Below are positions 26,367 through 35,310 of a DNA stretch of 62,400 nt, piece after piece. The position numbers and the translations under genes were made by a program. Where the stretch lies: IMG/VR virus record IMGVR_UViG_3300024518_003383, positions 1 to 62,400 of that record; one strand, written 5' to 3'. Below the pieces are notes generated by a model. That model was given only the letters and a program-made list of their open reading frames with translations. It ran no database searches and was not told the DNA's origin. The stretch's first letter is position 1. Every line of letters begins with the position of its first letter. This stretch comes from a virus (lineage: Duplodnaviria; Caudoviricetes).

Positions 26367-27779
26367 ATGGCCGAAGCAGACCCGCAACCCGTCGACCCCT
26401 CCACACTCGAAGCCGGCTCGGGTGTGATCATCCCCCCGAGGCCCTCTGAGGGGAAGTGGAAGCTGCAGACCGCGATCGGACTCACTCCTGAGAGGCTAGG
26501 GGGGATGATCACGAAGCTATGGGACGGCGACTCGATCGAGTTCCACGGGTTCGCGGAGGAACTGGAGTCGAGGGATAGCCACTATGCTTCGCAGCTTACG
26601 ATCCTGAAGAACGCGATCACTTCGCTGGAGTGGGGGATCGAAGGACCGGAGGGGACGATACTCGAAGCGAGCACGCAACACCTCGTCAAGTCGCCCGTGT
26701 GGAAGGGGTTGACGAAGCATCTGCTCGATGCGGAGTCGAAGGGTCACGCGTGCGTCGAGATGTTCTGGCGCACTGGACCGGCGGGGACGATATGGGCGCC
26801 GCGGGAAGTGAAGTGGGCCGACCCTCGGAACTTCGGATACAAGGGGCAGCAGCTAATGCTGCGCGACTCCGAAGCGCCTACGGACTTGGAAAAGTTCCGC
26901 GAGCTTCCTCCGTACGTGTTCGCCGTATATGAAACGTCGCGCAAGTCGGGGCTTCCTTTCCGCAATGGGCTCGCGCTCCCGTGCAGCGTCATGCACCTCT
27001 TCAAGTCCTACAGTTTCAAGGACTGGGTCCAGTACCTAGGGATCTTTGGGATGCCTGTCCGGATCGGTTCGTACAATCCAACGTCGAAGGACGGGGACGT
27101 GCAGGAACTCCAGGACGCGCTCGACGCGATCGGCGAGTTCGCGTCGTGCGTCAAGCCGCTGGCCCACACGATTGACATTGTGAACCCGGGCGGGCAGGGC
27201 AACGGCGAGGCCTTCCACGAGATGGTAGACACCTGTAATCGTGAGATGTCGAAAGTGATAAACGGGCAGACGATGACGAGCGATGATGGGTCGAGTCTGT
27301 CGCAGGCCGCCGTCCACGATCTGGTCCGGCACGACATCTCGGAGAGTGTCGCGGAGGACCTCGCCGAAGCGCTGACGAAGACCGTGCTCCGTCCCTTCAT
27401 TGATCTGAACTTCGGGCTGGACTCCGCCGACGAGTACCGGGTGGTCGTGTCGTTCGACGACGCGGAGGACCTGAAGAACACAAGCGACGGGTTATCGCCA
27501 ATGATGGCCGCGGGCCTGTCCGTCAAGGAAGAGGAAGCGTACGGCCGATACGGTTGGGAGAAGCCGGTGGACGGCGACGTGGTCCTTACCAGCAAGGGCC
27601 GGGCCGTGTTCTCCCAGACGCCAAAGGATGACGGAGACGGAGACGGAGACGGAGACGGAGACGGAGACGGAGACGGAGACGGAGACGGAGACGATGCGGC
27701 GGCCCCCGAAGAAGGCGCGGCCCCGGACGATGCCGGTGAGCCGACGGAGGAAGACGCGGAGGAAGGGGGCGGGGTATGA
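26367..27779 (+). CDS. Portal protein (Mu gp29/DUF935)
   Basis: FGMPVRIGSY, CNREMSKVINGQT and VHDLVR motifs. Confidence 0.9.
   Translation: MAEADPQPVDPSTLEAGSGVIIPPRPSEGKWKLQTAIGLTPERLGGMITKLWDGDSIEFHGFAEELESRDSHYASQLTILKNAITSLEWGIEGPEGTILEASTQHLVKSPVWKGLTKHLLDAESKGHACVEMFWRTGPAGTIWAPREVKWADPRNFGYKGQQLMLRDSEAPTDLEKFRELPPYVFAVYETSRKSGLPFRNGLALPCSVMHLFKSYSFKDWVQYLGIFGMPVRIGSYNPTSKDGDVQELQDALDAIGEFASCVKPLAHTIDIVNPGGQGNGEAFHEMVDTCNREMSKVINGQTMTSDDGSSLSQAAVHDLVRHDISESVAEDLAEALTKTVLRPFIDLNFGLDSADEYRVVVSFDDAEDLKNTSDGLSPMMAAGLSVKEEEAYGRYGWEKPVDGDVVLTSKGRAVFSQTPKDDGDGDGDGDGDGDGDGDGDGDDAAAPEEGAAPDDAGEPTEEDAEEGGGV
27630..27689 (+). repeat. (GACGGA)10 microsatellite encoding (DG)10
   Basis: Ten perfect copies in the portal C-terminal tail. 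Confidence 0.95.
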
Positions 27780-28498
27780 ACGCGATCCAGTCACGCCAGA
27801 CGATCACAGGGTTCTACGCGGACGTGAGGCGGAGGGACCGGAGGGACCGGGCGATCTGGCTATGCGTCTTCGCGCTCGGGATGGCGATCTTCTGCTCGAC
27901 CCTCCCGGGCTGCTCGATGCTCCCGCGTGGGTTCTCCGGGGCGTTCGAGCCGACGGGCCAGACCTTCGAGCTATCGGCGGCCGACATCGAGTCTGCTAAG
28001 GATCGGTCGTGCTGGCCTTCGTGGATCACGGGAGACGACGCGGCGGATCTCGCAGCCGCACACACGGCACTCAAGGCCGCGGGCGCTCCCGTCGTCCAGC
28101 GCCGTACAGAGGTCACGAAGTTCGCCGTCACGCTTCGCAAGTCCGTGTCCGTGCCGCCCGACTTCGACACGCGCAGCGAAGGGGACCAGGCTCGACTGCT
28201 CGCGCACGAGTATGTCCACGTCTGCCAACGGAAGCGCATGGGCGACGCCGACTTCGAGGCCGCGGTCGCGTTGAGTGCGGGGCGGTGGAGACTTGAGACG
28301 GCCGCCTACGCTATGACGGCACACGCCCGGACCGTGCAAGGCCAGACCGCGACTCAGATCGTCGACTGGGCGGACGCGAAGGTGGGCAAGTTCCGAGATG
28401 ATTACGCGCTACACGACATCGACCCAACACAGTACGAAGAACACACGCGGGCCATATGGCTCGAATCGTCGAAGGACGCGAGAAAGACCAGCCCATGA
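27776..28498 (+). CDS. Putative lipoprotein zinc metallopeptidase
   Basis: Hydrophobic stretch plus LPGC lipobox; LLAHEYVHVCQ..LETAAY. Confidence 0.65.
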   Translation: MNAIQSRQTITGFYADVRRRDRRDRAIWLCVFALGMAIFCSTLPGCSMLPRGFSGAFEPTGQTFELSAADIESAKDRSCWPSWITGDDAADLAAAHTALKAAGAPVVQRRTEVTKFAVTLRKSVSVPPDFDTRSEGDQARLLAHEYVHVCQRKRMGDADFEAAVALSAGRWRLETAAYAMTAHARTVQGQTATQIVDWADAKVGKFRDDYALHDIDPTQYEEHTRAIWLESSKDARKTSP

Positions 28499-29391
28499 TC
28501 TACGGAAGCCGAGGCGAAGAAGTCGAACACATCCAGGGCCGTTTGCTTGGGAGGGGGTACACGCTCCCGCGCTTCGGTGCGGATGGCGACCTCGGGAGCG
28601 AGACGTGGACGGCGCTCTTCAACTATGCGGGCGATCACGGTTTCGCGTGGCGCGAAGAGGACTTCGAGGAGGAGGTGGGGTTTGTTCCCGCCGCGGTGGT
28701 CAATCACCTGCAGTGCGACGCGCCCCGGGTCGAACTCCGCGGCGCGTCTGAGTTCTTCGATATCACCGGGGAGCATGCGCTAACGAAGGGGCGGAAGGCG
28801 CCGCGCGACCATTCGACCGTGGACACGATCTTGCTGCACCAGACTGCGGTCAAGTTCGGGACGACGAGGCGCAACCGGGAGAAGTACGGCGAGCGCAAGG
28901 CCTTGCACCGTCGATTCTATAACGTCGCCTGCCATGTGGCCGCGTTGCGGAACGGCGATGTCCTCTACGTGAATCGCCTCCCCCGGTATGTGTGGCAAGG
29001 CAACGTGGCCAACCGGTTCTCGATCGGCATCGAGATCGAAGGCCACTACAGCGGGATCGAAGGCAATCCCAAGACCATATCGGGAGGGAAGACGCCGGAC
29101 GTACTCGACGAGAGGACCATTGAGTCCGCTCGCGCGGCCGTCCGCTTCGCTGTCGAAGAGGGGCGCCGGCTCGGGATGCCGATCACGAAGATACAGGCAC
29201 ACCGGAACTATTCGGGCTCGCGCCGCAACGACCCGGGCGAGTCCATTTGGAAGGCGGTCGCGTTGTGGGCCGTGCCCGTGCTCGGGTTGTGTGTCGATCA
29301 CGACGTGGCGCGCAACGGCGGCCGTCCTATCCCCCAAGAGTGGGACCCCGCGGGGCTCTATGACTGGCGGGGCGATCGCCTGGTCCGGTAG
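28495..29391 (+). CDS. Endolysin: peptidoglycan-binding domain plus Amidase_2
   Basis: GSRGEEV..GADGDLGSET; ILLHQTA, SIGIEIEG, AHR and DPG. Confidence 0.85.
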   Translation: MIYGSRGEEVEHIQGRLLGRGYTLPRFGADGDLGSETWTALFNYAGDHGFAWREEDFEEEVGFVPAAVVNHLQCDAPRVELRGASEFFDITGEHALTKGRKAPRDHSTVDTILLHQTAVKFGTTRRNREKYGERKALHRRFYNVACHVAALRNGDVLYVNRLPRYVWQGNVANRFSIGIEIEGHYSGIEGNPKTISGGKTPDVLDERTIESARAAVRFAVEEGRRLGMPITKIQAHRNYSGSRRNDPGESIWKAVALWAVPVLGLCVDHDVARNGGRPIPQEWDPAGLYDWRGDRLVR

Positions 29392-29649
29392 TCAGTAGCC
29401 GCCAAGGTCTTTGATCACCGCGTCGAATGATTCAAGCTGCCTGAGGGATAGGCGGGTGTCTTCGTCTTCGACCCACCGCCCGCCGACCCACTGGTGTTCG
29501 TAGACTTCGCACGTCCGCGACAGACACCAGGCCGCCATCGCGTGGACCATCATCGGTTCGCTGCACTGGGGGCACAGGATCGGGAACTCAGGATCGCAAG
29601 CGGTCTCTTCGAGTTCCGCGATCATGGGGGCGTCTGTTGGGTCGGCCAT
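29392..29649 (-). CDS. Small zinc-binding protein (only clear minus-strand gene)
   Basis: CPQC..C....C; TATGGT 7 nt before its ATG. Confidence 0.6.
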   Translation of the reverse strand: MADPTDAPMIAELEETACDPEFPILCPQCSEPMMVHAMAAWCLSRTCEVYEHQWVGGRWVEDEDTRLSLRQLESFDAVIKDLGGY

Positions 29650-29672
29650 CGGGTGGACCATACCGCGCCGAC

Positions 29673-29687
29673 TTGACGGGGCGTCAA
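29673..29687. promoter_or_regulatory. Operator TTGAC-N5-GTCAA between divergent genes
   Basis: TTGACGGGGCGTCAA. Confidence 0.7.
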
Positions 29688-29735
29688 AGTCCCGCATTTC
29701 GCGTGCTCTGGTGTCCGGTGATACGACTGCATTCG

Positions 29736-30995
29736 ATGCCGGCAGAACTCTATATCTACGACGCGGTCGTGAGCGACGACTGGTGGGCGGGGATCACCGC
29801 GAAGAGCGTGCTCCGTTTCCTCGCCCTGAACTCAGGCGAAGAGCGGGTCACGGTCCGGATCAACAGCCCTGGCGGTGAGGTCAACGAAGGCGTGGCCATA
29901 TACAACGCGCTCCGCTCCGCTGCTCCGAAGGTCGACGTGGTCGTCGATGGTATCGCGGCGTCTGTCGCGTCGTTGATCGCAATGGCCGGAGATACGATCT
30001 CGATGGCCCCGGGCTCCATGATGATGCTTCACGAAGCGTGGGCTCTCGCTTTCGGAGACCAGCACGCGATGCGGAAGCGGGCGGACGTGCTGGAGACTCA
30101 CGTCGAGGCGATGCTTGATATCTACGCGACGCGGTCCGGGCTCAAACGCGACGCCGTGGCTGCTCTTCTCAAGGATGAAACGTGGCTATCTGCAGACGAC
30201 GCCGTCGTCCATGGGTTCGCGGACAAGGCGATCCCCGCCAATGCGAAGCCCGTCGAGCCCATCGCCGATGACGGTTCTAGCGTGATCGCATGGGTCGAGC
30301 ACCCGGCCTTCGCTTCGTACCGACACATTCCGAAGCAGTGCGCGAGCGCGTTTGCTTCACTGCGAAAGCGCGGCACCACGGGGCATGACAAGCGCCCCGC
30401 CGCGTCAACTGAACGGCCCGACATCGAGGGGCCAACACCTGCCGGAGAAGTCGGCGCCCAACACCAACAGAGGAACACGAAAATGGAACTCGCTACGATC
30501 ATCGCCATGCTTGGCATCGCTGCAGACGCAACCGAAGGCGACGTTGCGACTGCTATCGCTTCCCTCCGAGACAAGGAGAAGAACGCTCCGAAGCTCGAAG
30601 ACTATGTCCCCCGCGCCGACTATGACTCGCTTAAGTTGAAGGTCGACGAGCGCGCCGCCGCGGACAAGGTCGCTGCTGAAAAGCGCCACCTTGCTCGCGC
30701 GACCGCTGCGATCGATCGCGGCTTGAAGGCCGGCGTCATCGCCCCCGCGTCGAAGGAGTACCACGCGCAGGCTTGCGCGACTGAGGCAGGGCTAGCCGCC
30801 TTCGAGGCCATGATCGGCGAGGCTCCGCCGGTCGTCGCAAACGAGAACCTCCACACGAGGGAGGCTCCCGGAGACGAGCCCACGTCACTCACCGCTGAAG
30901 AGAAGGCGAAGGCGAAGAAGCAGAACATCTCGGAGGCGACCTACCTCGCGTCAAAGCAGGACATCGCCTCGCGCTACCCCGGCCTTCAGGGCTGA
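29736..30995 (+). CDS. ClpP-type head maturation protease fused to a scaffold domain
   Basis: RINSPGG, GIAASVAS, MMLHEA, ETWL; Mu-like scaffold C-terminus with an internal ATG at 30483. Confidence 0.9.
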   Translation: MPAELYIYDAVVSDDWWAGITAKSVLRFLALNSGEERVTVRINSPGGEVNEGVAIYNALRSAAPKVDVVVDGIAASVASLIAMAGDTISMAPGSMMMLHEAWALAFGDQHAMRKRADVLETHVEAMLDIYATRSGLKRDAVAALLKDETWLSADDAVVHGFADKAIPANAKPVEPIADDGSSVIAWVEHPAFASYRHIPKQCASAFASLRKRGTTGHDKRPAASTERPDIEGPTPAGEVGAQHQQRNTKMELATIIAMLGIAADATEGDVATAIASLRDKEKNAPKLEDYVPRADYDSLKLKVDERAAADKVAAEKRHLARATAAIDRGLKAGVIAPASKEYHAQACATEAGLAAFEAMIGEAPPVVANENLHTREAPGDEPTSLTAEEKAKAKKQNISEATYLASKQDIASRYPGLQG

Positions 30996-31076
30996 TCAAC
31001 ACGGCCGCGCCGATAGTCGGGGCGGCCGCTCTCACTTTCTCAACGTACACGAAGACCACCAGACAAGGACACAACC

Positions 31077-31496
31077 ATGGCCAACATGACTCAGGACCGC
31101 CACACCAAGGAAGGGATCGGAGACCTCCTCCACATCCCCGTCAAGGCAGCCACCAAGCTCTACGCCGGCGCCGTCATCGAGATCGACGCGACCGGGCACG
31201 CCATCGCCGCGACTGCGGCCACGGGGAAGTATTACCCCGGGGTAAACAACGAGCGGACGATCGACAACAGCACCGGCGCGGACGGGGATAAGACCGTCCA
31301 GATCAAGCGCGGCGAATGGGGCATGGACAACAGCGCCGGCGGCGAAGAGTTGTTTGTCGCGGACATCGGCGACGATTGCTATCTCGTCGACGACCACACC
31401 GTCGGGAAGACAGACGCCACCGGGACACTGTCCGTCGCGGGCAAGATCTACGACGTGCGAGACGGCCAGGTCTTCGTCACCTTCGGCAACAAGTAG
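31077..31496 (+). CDS. Capsid decoration/cement protein
   Basis: Between scaffold and capsid genes; DIGDDCYLVDDHTV motif. Confidence 0.75.
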   Translation: MANMTQDRHTKEGIGDLLHIPVKAATKLYAGAVIEIDATGHAIAATAATGKYYPGVNNERTIDNSTGADGDKTVQIKRGEWGMDNSAGGEELFVADIGDDCYLVDDHTVGKTDATGTLSVAGKIYDVRDGQVFVTFGNK

Positions 31497-31573
31497 GCCG
31501 GCAACACCACAGCACACCAACACCCAACGAAGAACACCAGCCGACCCAACCAACACCGTAGGAGATTTTCAGC

Positions 31574-32461
31574 ATGTTGATCAACAGCCAGACCGCGCTC
31601 GACGCTTTCATCGAGTTCAACGCACACTTCAAATCCGGGCTCACGGAGATGGAGGCGAAACAGACCTGGGACGAGATCGCCGACCGCGTCACCTCGGAGA
31701 CTGAGTCCGAAAACTACACGTGGCTTCGGGACCTCCCCGGCGTCCGCGAGTGGGTCGGACAGCGCCAAGTCCAGAGCCTCGCGCAGAGCGATTACCTGCT
31801 CACAAACAAGGACTGGGAAGGCACCGTCGGCGTCCCCCGAAACGCCTTCAACGACAACAAGACGAGCAGCTTCGACAAGCCCATGGAGGCACTCGGCCGG
31901 AGCGTCGGGAAGGACCCGGACAAGAAGATCTGGAACCTTCTCAAGGAAGGCCACGTCAACATCTGCCACGATGGCGTGTCGTTCTTCAACGCTGCTCACC
32001 CGCTCGGAGATAGCGGCGGCACCTTCAGCAACTCGCAAGCCGGCGGCGGCGCTGCTTGGTACCTGCTCGCGCTCGACGAGGTCGTCAAGCCTCTGATCTA
32101 TCAGGTCAGGCAGGAGCCCGTCTTCGTGTCCTTCACGGACCCGAAGGACAACAACGTGTTCCTCAACAAGGAATATATCTTCGGCGTCGACTACCGCGCC
32201 GCGCACGGCTACACCTTGCCGGAGCTTGCCTATCGGTCGGCGGCCGATTTGGATGAAACGAACTTCGACCTCGCGCTGCAGGCGATGGGCGAGGCGAAGT
32301 CATGGGAGGGACGCGAGTTGGAGATCAAGCCTACGCACCTCGTGTGCGGGTATGCCAACCGCGCGAAAGCCAACGCTCTGATCAAGGCGCTCGTGAAGGC
32401 CAGTGGAGCCACCAACACCAACGCCGGCGCCGTCGACTTGATCGTCTCGCCCTACCTGTAG
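31574..32461 (+). CDS. Mu-like major capsid protein (gpT)
   Basis: YTWLRDLPGVREWVGQR, CHDGVSFF, KPLIYQ and FGVDYR motifs. Confidence 0.95.
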   Translation: MLINSQTALDAFIEFNAHFKSGLTEMEAKQTWDEIADRVTSETESENYTWLRDLPGVREWVGQRQVQSLAQSDYLLTNKDWEGTVGVPRNAFNDNKTSSFDKPMEALGRSVGKDPDKKIWNLLKEGHVNICHDGVSFFNAAHPLGDSGGTFSNSQAGGGAAWYLLALDEVVKPLIYQVRQEPVFVSFTDPKDNNVFLNKEYIFGVDYRAAHGYTLPELAYRSAADLDETNFDLALQAMGEAKSWEGRELEIKPTHLVCGYANRAKANALIKALVKASGATNTNAGAVDLIVSPYL

Positions 32462-32475
32462 GGGAGCGCCTAGCC

Positions 32476-32676
32476 ATGAGACCCGAGCCAACCCCAACAC
32501 CTTCCGGCGGACGAAGCACCGACACGATCGAGAGCAGCGCCGCCCCCCTTCTCCAACCCGTGACACTCACGCCACAACAGGAAGCCCGGGTCTATCACAG
32601 TCCGATCACCGGTTTCACGTGCGCCTGGATGACACTCAACGCGCACCAGTACGAGAGCACGAGGCCCACGCCATGA
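32476..32676 (+). CDS. Hypothetical protein
   Basis: GGGAG RBS; ATGA overlap. Confidence 0.5.
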   Translation: MRPEPTPTPSGGRSTDTIESSAAPLLQPVTLTPQQEARVYHSPITGFTCAWMTLNAHQYESTRPTP

Positions 32677-33266
32677 AGTTTCTACGCACCGCGATCTGTC
32701 CAGCGCCGAACATCGAGATCCCCGACCCGGTCAAGGGCGGCACGTTGCCCCACGGCAAGTGGTCGGCTGGAGTTATGAACGGCTACTGGGACCCCTACCT
32801 GAAGAGGGGGATGGCAAGCCGCGTCACGGTGGCGGATGTGCTCGTCGATCCATTCGACCTCCCCGCCGGCTGGGATTCCTTCGACGGGTTCGAGATGCCT
32901 TCGTGTCCGCACGTTGAGGTCCCGGTCGTTGAGAAGGCCCGGAAGTTGGAGACATTCAAGTTCCCCGACCCGCCCGCCGTCGACGGGCCCGACACGTGGA
33001 CGCCGCCCCGCTCGTGGGGGTGTCTCCACCTCGATGTTATCGACGCGATGCGAGCCGCCATCGAGGGCGTGAAGCCGGACCCCGACGCCCGGCGAGCATT
33101 GACCAGCATGCAACGACTCTTTGTCACCGCGATCCTGAAGGGCGCCACGCTTTCCGACGCTGTCGAAGCCGCGGGTTACCAGGCCTCAGACCCCGCCCGC
33201 CGTGCTGCCGACATGATGTCTCACGGCAAGATCCAGGCATCGTTTGCGACTGCGCTCGCGGAGTAA
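32673..33266 (+). CDS. Hypothetical protein with a C-terminal Terminase_2-like HTH
   Basis: LTSMQRLFV...AVEAAGY...AADMMSHGKIQ. Confidence 0.6.
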   Translation: MKFLRTAICPAPNIEIPDPVKGGTLPHGKWSAGVMNGYWDPYLKRGMASRVTVADVLVDPFDLPAGWDSFDGFEMPSCPHVEVPVVEKARKLETFKFPDPPAVDGPDTWTPPRSWGCLHLDVIDAMRAAIEGVKPDPDARRALTSMQRLFVTAILKGATLSDAVEAAGYQASDPARRAADMMSHGKIQASFATALAE

Positions 33267-33269
33267 GAG

Positions 33270-33728
33270 ATGGCCACGCTTCACTACATAACAAGCGCCG
33301 ACCTCGTCCAGCGGTACGGTGAGGATCAAGTCCTCACGCTCGCGGACGAAGAGCGTACGGACGACATCGCGTCGCCGTCCGTGGTGCTCCGCATCGAGCG
33401 TGCGATCGAAGGTGCCGAAGGCGAGGTCAACGGCTACGTTTCACGTCGCTACGATGTGCCCGTGATCTCCGTTCCGCTTCCACGTCAACTGGTAGACATC
33501 GTGATCGATGTGACCATGTGGAAGCTATGCCGCGGCCCGACTCAAGAGGACGACGGGTTGCGCATGCGATACAAAGACGCACGGAAGACCCTCGAAGGCA
33601 TCGCCAGCGGGACGATATCCCTAGGCATCCCCGACCCCGACGCCGGTGGGGGGAACTTCGTCACGACCACTGGCATCGCCACGGCCGACCGCGAGCGCGC
33701 GAAGAAGAACCTGGATCAGATTTTCTGA
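33270..33728 (+). CDS. Head-tail adaptor (Mu gp36/DUF1320)
   Basis: YITSADL..YGE, EVNGYVSRRY, RYKDARKTLEGIASG. Confidence 0.9.
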   Translation: MATLHYITSADLVQRYGEDQVLTLADEERTDDIASPSVVLRIERAIEGAEGEVNGYVSRRYDVPVISVPLPRQLVDIVIDVTMWKLCRGPTQEDDGLRMRYKDARKTLEGIASGTISLGIPDPDAGGGNFVTTTGIATADRERAKKNLDQIF

Positions 33729-34174
33729 TGTTGCAGTTCGTCGCCACCTCTGAGTTCTTCGACCTCGCGCTATTGCAAGCGGAGAGGCTCGCAACGCTCG
33801 ACACTGCCGACCTCGTCGAAGACATGGGGGAGATGGTCGAAGAGCAGACGCGCGACCGCTTCGACACGAAGGAAGGGCCAGACGGCCAACCGTGGGTCGA
33901 CTGGACTCCAGCCTATGCCGCGTGGCGAGCAGGGCGAGGGGACGGGAAGCTCATTCTGGGCGGCGACTTGCTCGACTCGATCCACATGAGCGCGACCGAT
34001 AGCGAGGCCACGATCGGCAGCGAACTGATTTACGCGGGATACCACCAGAACCCCAGCGCGCGTTCGAGACGACGCGGCGCGAAGGCCCGCCCCTATCTCG
34101 GGATCTCACTCGACGACCGTTCGGCCATCGAGTCGCGCGTCGGTGAGTTCCTCATGGAGGCTATGGTCCCATGA
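33728..34174 (+). CDS. Virion morphogenesis protein (Mu gpG-like)
   Basis: RF...GPDGQPW, IGSELIYAGYHQ and ARPYLGIS. Confidence 0.9.
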   Translation: MLQFVATSEFFDLALLQAERLATLDTADLVEDMGEMVEEQTRDRFDTKEGPDGQPWVDWTPAYAAWRAGRGDGKLILGGDLLDSIHMSATDSEATIGSELIYAGYHQNPSARSRRRGAKARPYLGISLDDRSAIESRVGEFLMEAMVP

Positions 34175-34983
34175 CTGCCCTACTCGGCCACCACATCCGG
34201 GCGAGGGACGCGATCATTGCGGCCGCGAAGGGGATGTGGTCGCGCGACGCTTTCAAATGGCAAGCGTCGACGCCTTACCTCGCGGGCAAGCTCGTGATCG
34301 ACTCCAGCGTCAACGGCCCCGGTGAGTGGCATCTATACCGGCTGCTTGCGAACACTGCCGGGTCCCCGACCTTCGTCCCGGCCGAGTGGACCGACCTCGG
34401 AGTGGCTGGCGACGGCGTCGAGATTGCGAGCCACGGGGGGAACTTCACGGTCGAAGACATCGGCAAGATCAGCAAGCGCGCGCCGGCCATGCTGTTCTCC
34501 GTCCTCGCCTACCGAACGGACCTCCAGAAGTCTATCAGCCGCACGCGCTTCGCTTGCTGGATCATCTGCGAGAACAGGCGATCGCCTAACCGCTGGGACT
34601 GCGCGGCCATCCTCGCTTCGCAAGTCGAGTCATGGCTGGCCAAACGGTCCTGCAGGTTCGGAGACGAAGCGGACTCGCCCGTCATGTCGACAGCGCAGGA
34701 CATAGAAGCGGCATCCGTCTACTCCGCGAAGATGGAGACCAAGGGCTTCGGGTTGTGGATGGTCTCATGGTGGCAGGAGATCGACGTCGACTTCCTCGCC
34801 TCCGAGAATGAGTGCCTCGCGTTTGGACCGGACGCGGGCATCGGACCGGACGGGCCCGTCGACCTCGGAGACTTTGATACCGCGATGTTCTACATAATCC
34901 CGCCCGATAGCGAAGACATCGGGACGGACCCCAACTTCCCAGACAACGAGCGGGAAACATCCGCTGAAGTGGACCTCACGTAG
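34171..34983 (+). CDS. Mu gp37-like tail completion protein with an inserted CBM-like module
   Basis: Gene position; HGGNF..APA and LWMVSW; insert WQASTPY..LYR..W. Confidence 0.6.
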   Translation: MTALLGHHIRARDAIIAAAKGMWSRDAFKWQASTPYLAGKLVIDSSVNGPGEWHLYRLLANTAGSPTFVPAEWTDLGVAGDGVEIASHGGNFTVEDIGKISKRAPAMLFSVLAYRTDLQKSISRTRFACWIICENRRSPNRWDCAAILASQVESWLAKRSCRFGDEADSPVMSTAQDIEAASVYSAKMETKGFGLWMVSWWQEIDVDFLASENECLAFGPDAGIGPDGPVDLGDFDTAMFYIIPPDSEDIGTDPNFPDNERETSAEVDLT

Positions 34984-34985
34984 CC

Positions 34986-35252
34986 ATGAGCACAACACCC
35001 GAGAAACCCGAAGTCCGATTCCTGAAGCCCCGCATGCTCCCCGATGGGAAGCCCGCCACGGTGCGAGACCCGAAGACGAAGCGGAGGCTCCCGCCTGAAG
35101 GCGAGTCGAAGCCGTGGGATGTGTTCTGGCGTCGCCGCGTCGCCGAAGGTGGGGCCATAATCTGCGAAGAGCCGAAGCCAGAAGCACCGAAGCTCGCACC
35201 GAGGGCCGCGCCGAAGAAGTCGCGCGAGTCTGAGGACCCGTCCACCAAGTAA
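34986..35252 (+). CDS. Mu gp38/DUF2635 protein
   Basis: VRDP....LPPEG....FWRRRVAEG. Confidence 0.85.
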   Translation: MSTTPEKPEVRFLKPRMLPDGKPATVRDPKTKRRLPPEGESKPWDVFWRRRVAEGGAIICEEPKPEAPKLAPRAAPKKSRESEDPSTK

Positions 35253-35310
35253 CCCGAGAGCCAACCCCGCAACCCGAGAGAACCGCCGAAGGCATAGGAG
35301 CTAACAGCAC

